Notes: generated by a model from the sequence alone, not told the origin. A stretch of DNA of 64,000 nucleotides from an uncultured Gammaproteobacteria bacterium (GCA_963729605.1 CAVSNY010000006.1:320001-384000), one strand, 5' to 3'; numbered from the stretch's first letter, positions 9,042-17,610 are shown. Made by a program: numbers and translations.

Positions 9042-9947
9042 TCACGGCCGACGTTCCACGGTTTCGGGTTTAGGTTCCTGGGGAGCACCGGTCATACTCT
9101 CTTTTAACGACTGCCTCCAGTTTCCCTGGGCTATCTCAGGACTATTCTTAAGCTGGTCCAGGGTAGAAGAAATCCGTAATTTATCTTTCTTTTCGCCCAT
9201 GGAAAGCGTATTGGTAGGGACAACAACCACCTTGTCATTGATGCCCGCAAATCCTCCAATTGAAAGAATGGCGTAAGGTACGCGGCCGCCTTCAAAATCC
9301 ACGGCCAAGTTTTTCACTTTGCCAACATCCTCATTCTGACCAGTAATGATTTTTCCTCCGATAATATCGCTGGCTTTGCTGATCTTTTTGGTCTTTGCTA
9401 ACTCAGCCGGCATGTGTACGCCTGCACGCTGATACATGCTGTTTAAGGCTTGCTGATTTACAGAATTGTTCCACTCAGAATTCGGAAGTGCCGGAGATTC
9501 CTTAATAATCTTCTCTGATAAATTAAGAATAAGAGATTGGCCGGTCGCGACACTCGCTCCGTCATTAAACAAACCGAAACTTTGCGGCGGCATGGCTAAT
9601 AATTTATCGCCCATCCCCAGAAAACCACCTGCGGACACTACTACGTAGCTGATTCGACCGCCGTTCAAATCGATGGCTAAATCCTTCACTTCTCCAATCT
9701 TATTTTTTTTGTTGTCAGTAACGCTTTTTCCAATTATGTCGGACGCTTCTACAAATTTGTGGCCCTGTTCCAGCTCTTGGGCACGACGCCCGTCTTCCAC
9801 GCCCTCTTGAACTTTTCCTTGTCGACTTGAATCGGAAGCGGCGATGACCTCACTCGTCCCCAGCGTCATTGTCGAAAAGAAAATGGCGCCCGTTAAAAAC
9901 ATACCCGCCCCTTTCATGGGGCGAACCGCCAACATTTGCTTACTCAT
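9042..9947 (-). CDS. Exported tandem PRC-barrel domain protein
   Basis: N-terminal hydrophobic segment; two repeats of ASDIIG..(V/I).....(I/V)G.VK.LA.D..GGR..Y...S.GGF.G..DK; AAGGAG RBS before ATG 9947. Confidence 0.88.
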   Translation of the reverse strand: MSKQMLAVRPMKGAGMFLTGAIFFSTMTLGTSEVIAASDSSRQGKVQEGVEDGRRAQELEQGHKFVEASDIIGKSVTDNKKNKIGEVKDLAIDLNGGRISYVVVSAGGFLGMGDKLLAMPPQSFGLFNDGASVATGQSLILNLSEKIIKESPALPNSEWNNSVNQQALNSMYQRAGVHMPAELAKTKKISKASDIIGGKIITGQNEDVGKVKNLAVDFEGGRVPYAILSIGGFAGINDKVVVVPTNTLSMGEKKDKLRISSTLDQLKNSPEIAQGNWRQSLKESMTGAPQEPKPETVERRP

Positions 9948-10261
9948 ATCCAACTCCTTAATTTAAATAAACATAGACACTCGGGATCTGCCTGCGCATT
10001 TTTAGCAAGTGCCCTATACCACAGAAGACGACATACATTAAAAATTTTTAGAGCGGCTTGGAATTTCATACTCAATATGAGCATGGCCAGGTATGCCATC
10101 TGAGTTATCCGGCAAACACCTTCAGCCACGTGGCGGATAAATCAGAGTTAAATGAGCCTTACTTTTTGTGATTTAAACATCTCGAGAGAGGACCCGGCTG
10201 CGCAGGCAGACTCTAAGATCAACCTTCACTGCCAACTTTATACACCCCTCCCACAATACGT

Positions 10262-10281
10262 TCTGTACGCTGACGCACAGA
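10262..10281. promoter_or_regulatory. Crp-family operator copy 3 (between divergent PRC-barrel and crp genes)
   Basis: TCTGTACGCTGACGCACAGA, the best palindrome. Minus-strand TATAAA at 10237-10242 gives centre -41.5; plus-strand TATAAT at 10321-10326 gives centre -61.5. Confidence 0.82.
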
Positions 10282-10343
10282 GGCGGCAGATTGACGCTGC
10301 CTCATGCCGACGCTTACTCATATAATCTTCTGGCTGATTATGT

Positions 10344-10363
10344 TCTGTGCGGTAGAGGACATA
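10344..10363. promoter_or_regulatory. Crp-family operator copy 4 (degenerate, upstream of first crp)
   Basis: TCTGTGCGGTAGAGGACATA; right arm has one core mismatch. Confidence 0.6.
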
Positions 10364-10475
10364 CCAGGAAGGAGGGGTATATACTGCGACGGCGTAAGTC
10401 CATCCCCATATCAACCCATGGTCCTTATTGTCGAGATCGCCTCATGGAACGAATCTGACAGCATGGAGGTGTCGT

Positions 10476-11192
10476 ATGGCTTTACAAAAACCAGAGCACA
10501 ACAATCTTCTCGCCGCCCTGCCCGAGCCCATACGCGGGCGGCTGTTTCCGCATTTGGAATTAGTAGAGATGCCGCTTGGCGAGGTCCTTTACGAATCCGG
10601 CTGCCAGTTGCACTACGTCTATTTCCCCACGACCTCCATCGTGTCTTTGCTTTACGTCATGGAAGATGGCGCATCGGCCGAGATTGCGGTGGTGGGAAAG
10701 GAAGGCATACTCGGCGTCGCCATTTTCATGGGCGGTGAAACCACCCCGAGCCGGGCCATCGTACAGAGCGAAGGCCACGGATTCCGGCTCAAGGCGCAGT
10801 TGCTCAAGGATGAATTCAATCGTGCCGGACCGATGATGCATCTATTGCTGCGTTACACCCAGGCGCTGATTACCCAGATGTCGCAGACGGCGGTCTGCAA
10901 TCGGCATCATTCCGTACATCAACAACTGTGTCGCTGGCTGCTGTTGAGCCTGGACCGACTGCCTTCGAGCAAACTGACCATGACTCAGGAATTGATCGCC
11001 AATATGCTCGGCGTGCGCCGCGAGGGAGTTACGGAAGCCGCCGGTAAATTGCAAAACGCCGGGTTGATACTCTACAGTCGCGGACAAATCACCATTCTCG
11101 ATCGGCAGGGACTGGAGGCGCAGGCCTGCGAGTGCTATCAAGTGGTCAAAAAGGAGTTTGATCGCCTGCTCCCCGACCTGATGGCCGAGTAA
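10476..11192 (+). CDS. Crp/Fnr-family transcriptional regulator (paralogue 1)
   Basis: NNLLAALP, VYFPTT cNMP-fold domain, HTH TQELIANMLGVRREGVTEAAGKLQ, C-terminal ACECY; GGAGG RBS before ATG 10476. Confidence 0.95.
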   Translation: MALQKPEHNNLLAALPEPIRGRLFPHLELVEMPLGEVLYESGCQLHYVYFPTTSIVSLLYVMEDGASAEIAVVGKEGILGVAIFMGGETTPSRAIVQSEGHGFRLKAQLLKDEFNRAGPMMHLLLRYTQALITQMSQTAVCNRHHSVHQQLCRWLLLSLDRLPSSKLTMTQELIANMLGVRREGVTEAAGKLQNAGLILYSRGQITILDRQGLEAQACECYQVVKKEFDRLLPDLMAE

Positions 11193-11252
11193 TTCCTTAC
11201 CAAGCGTTGCACACTCTCACCCTGACCCACCCACCTCGCAGAAATTACGCGC

Positions 11253-11272
11253 TATGTTCGACAGCGTACAGA
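11253..11272. promoter_or_regulatory. Crp-family operator copy 5 (upstream of second crp)
   Basis: TATGTTCGACAGCGTACAGA; plus-strand CAAGCT at 11292-11297 puts the centre at -41.5 and resembles TAAGCT of copy 1. Confidence 0.75.
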
Positions 11273-11662
11273 ATTTACCGCCGCTTCGGCTCAAGCTTAG
11301 CGAGGATTATGTTAGCGAACCAGGATGTATTCTAAAAAGTGCGCCGCCTTTTCGCGCGCGGGAGAGTCTCTCTTAATATAGGCTAATATAGGCGGCACCG
11401 CTGAGGCTGCTAATAGCAGCACGGGCGCATGGGGGGCCGATAAAGGACGCTCCGTTTTTAACAAAGCGTAAATTCAGATAAGACCGAATTACACGCTTCC
11501 CGATCAAATTGCTAGTCGGCCCCTCTTACCAAAATATTGCGCATCGGGTCGGAGACCCTTTTATCCGGCAAACTCCATCCGAAATCAGGATTACATCGCG
11601 TACATGGCCCGCACCGCCCGTTGGCTTTAGACCCGACGCTACAGGAGATTCCTACCCCCACT

Positions 11663-12357
11663 ATGCACGCTCCTCATACCAATCGTCTGCTTACCGCGCT
11701 GCCCCCCAGGATCGGAAACACTTCCTTGCGAGCTGCGAACAAGTCGAACTCGTGTTCGCCGACGTGCTCTGCGAACCGGGCGACCCTATCCGTCACGTTT
11801 ACTTCCCCACCGACAGCTATATTTCTTTGGTTAATCCGATCGATCGCGACACCCGCCTGGAGGTGGCACTGGTAGGTAATGAAGGCATGCACGGGATTGC
11901 CCTGGTACTGGGAGTGAATATTTCACCGCTGCACGCCTTGGTGCAGGGCGATGGTTCCGCGTTGCGCATCAGCGCCGCGCCGTTTCGCCGTCAACTCCAG
12001 CACAGCCCGGCGCTGCAACGGGGTCTGAACAGCTACATCTATGTGCAAATGAGCCAACTCGCGCAGACGGCGGCCTGCACCCGTTTTCATGTGGTCGAGG
12101 CGCGTCTCGCCCGCTGGCTGTTGATGACCCACGATCGAGCGCATTCGGACGAACTGCATATCACCCAAGAATTTCTCGCCTCCATGCTGGGCGTGCGTCG
12201 GGTCGGCATCACCAAGGCCGCCGGCTCACTGCAAAAACGCAAACTGATCAACTATAGCCGCGGCACCATCACGGTTCTCAACCGCGGCGGCCTGGAAGCC
12301 GCTTCTTGCGGGTGTTATCAGGCCGACAAGGCAACGTACACCCGCATCATGGGCTAG
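11663..12357 (+). CDS. Crp/Fnr-family transcriptional regulator (paralogue 2), frameshifted at C6 11702-11707 as sequenced
   Basis: [15 protein letters not shown] lies in one frame and [15 protein letters not shown]...VYFPTD...[24 protein letters not shown]...ASCGCY in another; adding one C joins them and matches paralogue 1. Confidence 0.88.
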
Positions 12358-12504
12358 CCCGCCCGCCATATCTTGATGGATGGATGAAGTCTGCATGCGC
12401 AGTGCGGGATGAAATACTAGGTTACCCGTCTTCACGACAGCCTCGGTGAGACATGCCTCAATCTCTTGCATCCACTCACCCAGAGGCGTTTCCACTATTA
12501 AGAA

Positions 12505-12531
12505 GGAAGCTCTGAATAATTCCGTCCTGGA
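12505..12531 (+). repeat. Solo left end of the MITE-like element at 1137
   Basis: GGAAGCTCTGAATAATTCCGTCCTGGA versus GGAAGCTCTGAATAATTCCATCCTGGA at 1137-1163 (26/27 identical). Confidence 0.8.
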
Positions 12532-12687
12532 TTCACCGGATATAAGGAGAGCGAAAAATGTCATGTTTTCTTTCCTTCATTAAACATTCTGCGCCCGCTC
12601 ATACCGCATAACCAAATTAATTGGTTACCCACATCGGCGGAACGCCGGTTGCATCTCAAATACGGTTCCTTTCCAAAAACTTTTCCT

Positions 12688-12707
12688 AATGTGCGATAGC
12701 GTACGGA
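12688..12707. promoter_or_regulatory. Crp-family operator copy 6 (upstream of DUF3494/OmpA genes)
   Basis: AATGTGCGATAGCGTACGGA, followed by a one-base-shorter echo ATATGCGATAAGTACGGA at 12721-12738. Confidence 0.68.
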
Positions 12708-12922
12708 AGGCGGTGGACGAATATGCGATAAGTACGGACGGCATGATAACCCGTCTTATCGCACTGATCCGATTTTGCATTAACGCCGGTCAAAGTGATG
12801 CTCACCCAGCCGCGAAGCCCGGCAACAGCGAAAGTCAAACATTGAAAAAACACATCGGCATAAACACCGGCAAAGAGCCGGTCGATTTTTTAACGATTCT
12901 GCCAGAGTAAAGAGGGTTGCAA

Positions 12923-14755
12923 ATGAAAAATTTCGAAAGCATTACTAAACTACCGACGCAGTTCATGACATTACTGTTGATTATATTAATGGCGGCATGC
13001 GAAGGCGGGCGAGATCCCATCCTAGGCGGGGGCGGTAGTCTCGCCGCACTCGCGCCGACGGTGACTGCCGTCGCCCCGGTCAATAACGCCACCGGCGTAG
13101 CGATCAACACCCTCATCACCGCCGCTTTTAATGAACCGATGGCCCCCCTCACCGGCGCGGCAAGCTTCACGGTGACGTGCGCGGCGCCTTGCACCGATCC
13201 CACGGGCACGGTAGCCCTCGACGCCACAAACAGGATTGCCAGCTTTACTCTTGCAAGCACAACCACCCTCGCGCCCTCCACCCTCTATACGGTCACGGTC
13301 ACCGGGGCTCGCAGTCTCGCCACAGGCCTGGCATTGGCGAGCCCCTATGTATGGCGCTTTACGACGGGCGTCACGTCGGACACCACCCGGCCCACAGTGA
13401 CGTCTACCGCCCCTGCCGACGGTGCTACCGACGTTGCGATCAACAGGAGGGTCACCGCGACGTTCAGTGAAGACATGAACCCGGCAACGATCACCGGAAC
13501 CAGCTTTGCGGTGACGGGGCCCGGCACAACCGGGGTAGCAGGCACGGTGAGCTACACTGTCGGTGCCAGAACCGCGATCTTTACGCCGACAGCCAATCTG
13601 CCAGACGGCGTCTTGTTTACTGCCACGCTTAACACGGGAAACGCGGATCTGGCCGGCAATACGCTGGCGGTTAACAAGGTATGGACCTTTACAACCGGTA
13701 CGGCCGCAGATACCACCGCACCCACGGCGATTCTGGTGAATCCCGCCGATCTTGCCACGGCCGTGGCAGTCAACAGTGCCGTCAACGTGACGTTCAGCGA
13801 GGCAATGGACCCGTTAACGATCAGCACGGCCAGCTTTATGGTACAAGCCAGCGGCCCCCCGCTGGGTCCAACATTAGCAGGGTCGGTCAGCCATGATCCA
13901 CTGACCCATATTGCAACCTTTACGCCCTCAAGCGATCTCGCAGTCAATACCGCGTATACAGCCACGGTTACCACCGAAGCCACCGACTTGGCGGGAAATG
14001 CGCTTGCGGTTAACAAAATATGGAGTTTTACAACTGCAGCAGCAGCGCCGGTGATACAAACCGCGGTAAACCTGCAATCGGTCGCACCGTTCGGCGCGGC
14101 GGGTGGCGCGGGGATCACCAGCTGCGGGAATACCGTGATTACGGGTGATGTCTCGACCACCTCCGCATCGACTTTAGTCACTGGATTAACCGATGGGAAC
14201 GGACTCGGCAACTCCTATACGATCGCGGGTTGTCCGGGAATAGTAGACGGAAAGATCTATACCGCCCCACCACCGCCCGGAGACGCAGATTCACTGGCGA
14301 TCGCAACTCAGGCCCAAGATGATGCGCAAACCGCGTTTGATGCCACCTCGCCCGCGTCAATGCCGGGGGGAATAAGTCAGGCCGCCGAACTCGGCGCGCT
14401 AACCCTCGCCCCCGGTATCTATACGTCGGGAACCTCGTTTGAGATAACCACCGTGGATCTCACCCTCGACGCCCAGGGCGACGCGAATGCCGTCTGGATA
14501 TTCCAGTCACCGAGCACGCTCACCGTGGGAGTCAATGTCAACGTTATTCTGACCAACGGCGCCAAGGCCAAGAATGTTTTTTGGCATGTCGGCAGTGCAG
14601 CCACTATCAACGCCGGCGCGGCGATGCAAGGAACCATCCTAGCCTTTTCAGGCGTCTCGATGGGTACCGGCGCGACGCTGGAGGGCAGGGCCATATCCCT
14701 GGTCGGCGGCCCGGTTACCTTGCTGAGCAACATTATCAACGTGCCTGCCCCGTAA
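12923..14755 (+). CDS. Lipoprotein with three Ig-like (Big_5/SbsA-type) domains and C-terminal DUF3494 ice-binding-like domain
   Basis: Lipobox LMAAC; three PT(V/A)....P...AT.VA.N....(A/T)F.E.M...(W.FTT) repeats; DUF3494 signature LAPGIY, LTLDAQGDANAVWIFQ, LTNGAKAKNVFWHVGSAATI, GTILA, LEGRA. Confidence 0.9.
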   Translation: MKNFESITKLPTQFMTLLLIILMAACEGGRDPILGGGGSLAALAPTVTAVAPVNNATGVAINTLITAAFNEPMAPLTGAASFTVTCAAPCTDPTGTVALDATNRIASFTLASTTTLAPSTLYTVTVTGARSLATGLALASPYVWRFTTGVTSDTTRPTVTSTAPADGATDVAINRRVTATFSEDMNPATITGTSFAVTGPGTTGVAGTVSYTVGARTAIFTPTANLPDGVLFTATLNTGNADLAGNTLAVNKVWTFTTGTAADTTAPTAILVNPADLATAVAVNSAVNVTFSEAMDPLTISTASFMVQASGPPLGPTLAGSVSHDPLTHIATFTPSSDLAVNTAYTATVTTEATDLAGNALAVNKIWSFTTAAAAPVIQTAVNLQSVAPFGAAGGAGITSCGNTVITGDVSTTSASTLVTGLTDGNGLGNSYTIAGCPGIVDGKIYTAPPPPGDADSLAIATQAQDDAQTAFDATSPASMPGGISQAAELGALTLAPGIYTSGTSFEITTVDLTLDAQGDANAVWIFQSPSTLTVGVNVNVILTNGAKAKNVFWHVGSAATINAGAAMQGTILAFSGVSMGTGATLEGRAISLVGGPVTLLSNIINVPAP

Positions 14756-14768
14756 GGCTCGAGGTCAA

Positions 14769-14809
14769 AATAAAGGCCGGCAGAGTCATTCTTCCTGCCG
14801 ACCTTTATT
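14769..14809. terminator. Stem-loop between DUF3494 and OmpA genes (terminator or mRNA-stabilising element)
   Basis: AATAAAGGCCGGCAG...CTGCCGACCTTTATT inverted repeat. Confidence 0.55.
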
Positions 14810-14898
14810 GCTTCATCAGGACAAAGTCAACTCACAGTCATGCTTCACCGTGACGTGATGACTTTAATTAAAGACGGTAAATCCCCCGGGAGAAAAAT

Positions 14899-16395
14899 AT
14901 GAAACTAGCAAGAGCCAAATCAGCAAGAACCTCAGGGACGCTGGGGTTGATGGCACTCGCTGCGATCACCAGCTCATTCGCAATGGCGGACGATTCAGGC
15001 TGGTACGGCGGGATCAATCTTGGCCACTCGAGCGCCAAATTCGACGACGGCAATATCACCCGCGGCCTACAGGAGCGCGGTTTTACCACGACCTCGTTCG
15101 CCGGGGACGACGACGAACTCGGCTATAAGCTTTTTGGCGGGTATCAGTTCAACAAGAATTTTGCGCTTGAAGGCGGTTATTTCGATCTGGGCGAGTTTGA
15201 TTTTACGGCGACCACGGTGCCGGCCGGGACACTGAACGGCAATATCAAGCTCAAAGGCGTGAATCTCGATGCCGTCGGCATATTACCCCTCGCCGAACGA
15301 TTTTCTGCATTTGGCCGGGTCGGATTGAACTACGCTGAAGCCGAAGACTCCTTCACCGGCACCGGATTAGTCAATGTGCTCAACCCCAACTCCAGCAAGC
15401 GTGATACGAATTACAAGTTTGGCTTGGGGCTTCAGTACGATTTCACGGAATCTCTCGCAATGCGCGCCGAGGCGGAACGCTACCGGATCAACGACGCCGT
15501 CGGCGACAAAGGCGACGTCGATCTGGTCTCGGTCGGCCTGGTCTACCGGTTCGGCAAAAATAAGGCCGCTCCCGTAGCCGCCACGAAAACGGCGGCGACC
15601 CCTCCCTCCGCGCCCATGGTTGCGGCGGCACCGGTGCTGGTTGTCGTGCCGGTCCCGGCGCAGACCGAACAGTATTGCAGCATTCTCGACATCCAGTTCG
15701 AAATTAACCAGGACGAAATTCAGCGCGAAGAGCAGGAGAAGCTCGCGGTGGTGGGCACCTTCTTGAACAAATATCCCGACACCACGGCCATGATCGAGGG
15801 TCACAGCGATAATGTAGGAATGCCTGAGCAAAATATAAAACTGTCCCAACAGCGGGCGAAGAGCGTGGTGGACTATCTGGTGAATAACTTCCAGATCGCG
15901 CCGTCCCGCTTGTCGGCGGTGGGCTACGGAGATACCCGCCCCATCGCGGACAACGGTACCGAGGAAGGGAAACGGCGGAACCGGCGTATCAATGCCGTCA
16001 TCGCGTGTGCGACGGACATCGAGGGGCTGACGGTGATCCCCGCCAGAACCACCATGGCCATGCTAATCGAGTTCGACCAGAACAAGGCCGATATTCGGCC
16101 GCAGTACCGCGATGAAATCGGCAAGGTGGCCAATTTTATGAAAGCGAACCCCTCCATCACCGCAACCGTGGAAGGCCATACCGGCAATCTAAGTGGGACC
16201 CCCGAGCTGGCGATGGAAATCTCGCAACGCCGCGCTCAGAAGGTGGTGGATTACCTGGTGGATAACTTTGGTATCGCACGTTCGCGACTTTCCGCGGAAG
16301 GCTTCGGCGAAACTCGACGTTTCGCCTACAACACCAGCTTAGAAGGACAGCAGGAAAACCGCCGGGTCAACATCATCTTCAACTACGCCAAGTAG
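14899..16395 (+). CDS. OmpA-family outer membrane protein with beta-barrel and two C-terminal peptidoglycan-binding domains
   Basis: Signal peptide, GWYGG...GYQFNKNFALEGGY...VGLVYRFG barrel, Pro/Ala linker, two EGH...SQ.RA..VVDYLV...G(Y/F)G.TR...NRR(I/V)N domains. Confidence 0.92.
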   Translation: MKLARAKSARTSGTLGLMALAAITSSFAMADDSGWYGGINLGHSSAKFDDGNITRGLQERGFTTTSFAGDDDELGYKLFGGYQFNKNFALEGGYFDLGEFDFTATTVPAGTLNGNIKLKGVNLDAVGILPLAERFSAFGRVGLNYAEAEDSFTGTGLVNVLNPNSSKRDTNYKFGLGLQYDFTESLAMRAEAERYRINDAVGDKGDVDLVSVGLVYRFGKNKAAPVAATKTAATPPSAPMVAAAPVLVVVPVPAQTEQYCSILDIQFEINQDEIQREEQEKLAVVGTFLNKYPDTTAMIEGHSDNVGMPEQNIKLSQQRAKSVVDYLVNNFQIAPSRLSAVGYGDTRPIADNGTEEGKRRNRRINAVIACATDIEGLTVIPARTTMAMLIEFDQNKADIRPQYRDEIGKVANFMKANPSITATVEGHTGNLSGTPELAMEISQRRAQKVVDYLVDNFGIARSRLSAEGFGETRRFAYNTSLEGQQENRRVNIIFNYAK

Positions 16396-16666
16396 CGGTA
16401 GAACCCGGGCTGCACGGCCCGGCACCGCATTCCAAACCTGGTCAACGCCATCCCCTCGGAGATGGCGTCGACGCATCCGGCATCACTATTTTTCGCATAA
16501 AACAATCCTCAGAAAAATTTTGGGGGTCGTGACTACCGTGATCGGCGCGGTATGCCCGGCAACCCGCCTTGATCACACGCCGTCACCCCCGGCGGCTGCG
16601 CCCGCCCCGCCGCTCTGCTAAAGTAGCGTCCCTCTGACAGTCGGCGCCGGGCGCCGCAACCGCAAG

Positions 16667-17515
16667 GTGATACGCGTGTCCAAACTCGAGCAATTGGAAA
16701 AAAAACTGCTGCACTACGTGGGCAAGGCCATCGCCGATTACAATCTGATCCAAAGCGGCGACAAGGTGATGGTGTGCCTGTCGGGCGGCAAGGATTCCTT
16801 CACCCTGTTGCACATCCTGCATCTGTTGCGGCGGCGCAGCCACAATAAGTTCGAGGTGTTTTCCTATACGCTGGACCAGAAGCAACCGGGCTGGAACGAC
16901 GGCGCGTTGCGGGCCTGGCTGGAGGAACGCGGCTATCCCTATGCGATCGCCGCCAAGGACACCTATTCGATCGTCATCGACAAGGTGCCCGAGGGCAAGA
17001 CCTATTGCTCGCTGTGTTCGCGCCTTCGGCGCGGCACCATTTACGAATACGCCGCGCGCCACGGCCACGACAAGATCGCCCTCGGCCATCACCGCGACGA
17101 CCTCATCCACAGCCTGTTGATGTCGATCCTCTACAACGGCGAGATCCGCTCGATGCCGCCCAAGCTGCTCACCGACGACAAACGCCACATCGTGATCCGG
17201 CCGCTGGTGTATTGCCAGGAGGCCGACATCGCCGAATACGCCGCGCTGCAAAATTTCCCGATCATCCCCTGCAATCTGTGCGGCTCGCAGGAAAACCTGG
17301 CGCGCCAGCGCGTCAAGCAATGGGTCAATGATCTCGCCCGAGAGAATCCGAAAATCCCCAGCAATACGCTGCACGCCTTGCAAGCGCTGCAACCCAGTCA
17401 GCTCATGGACAAAGAGTGGTGGGACTTTAAAAATCTGGAGCGGCAGCGGATCACGCCGGAACAAATCACCGACGAGAGCGACGCCGCGCCGGAGCCCAAA
17501 ACCTCCAGCCTGTAA
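16667..17515 (+). CDS. ttcA: tRNA 2-thiocytidine(32) synthetase
   Basis: SGGKDS PP-loop, [27 protein letters not shown]. Confidence 0.96.
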   Translation: MIRVSKLEQLEKKLLHYVGKAIADYNLIQSGDKVMVCLSGGKDSFTLLHILHLLRRRSHNKFEVFSYTLDQKQPGWNDGALRAWLEERGYPYAIAAKDTYSIVIDKVPEGKTYCSLCSRLRRGTIYEYAARHGHDKIALGHHRDDLIHSLLMSILYNGEIRSMPPKLLTDDKRHIVIRPLVYCQEADIAEYAALQNFPIIPCNLCGSQENLARQRVKQWVNDLARENPKIPSNTLHALQALQPSQLMDKEWWDFKNLERQRITPEQITDESDAAPEPKTSSL

Positions 17516-17610
17516 GTCATGGACGCGCGCCGCACCGGTCTTGCGAGCGCGCGGCAAAACGCGTATACATCCCAGCAAAACGTGTTGCCAAATTCGCAGG
17601 GGACCCGCCG

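Larger units (their letters stand above)
3480..16590. other. Accessory stress/envelope island with its own Crp-family regulators (boundaries approximate)
   Basis: Visibly more AT-rich than the flanks, long intergenic spacers, no housekeeping genes, six copies of one palindromic operator. No integrase, tRNA or att repeat seen. Confidence 0.7.

Noticed and set aside
11355-11420. GGAGAG...CACCG resembling a glycine riboswitch
   Set aside because: Lacks CCGAAG and CTCTCAGG core motifs and any glycine-related gene; kept only as an unassigned structured region.
3480-16590. Island as prophage, ICE or integron
   Set aside because: No integrase, transposase, phage or conjugation genes, no tRNA target, and no att or attC repeats seen.
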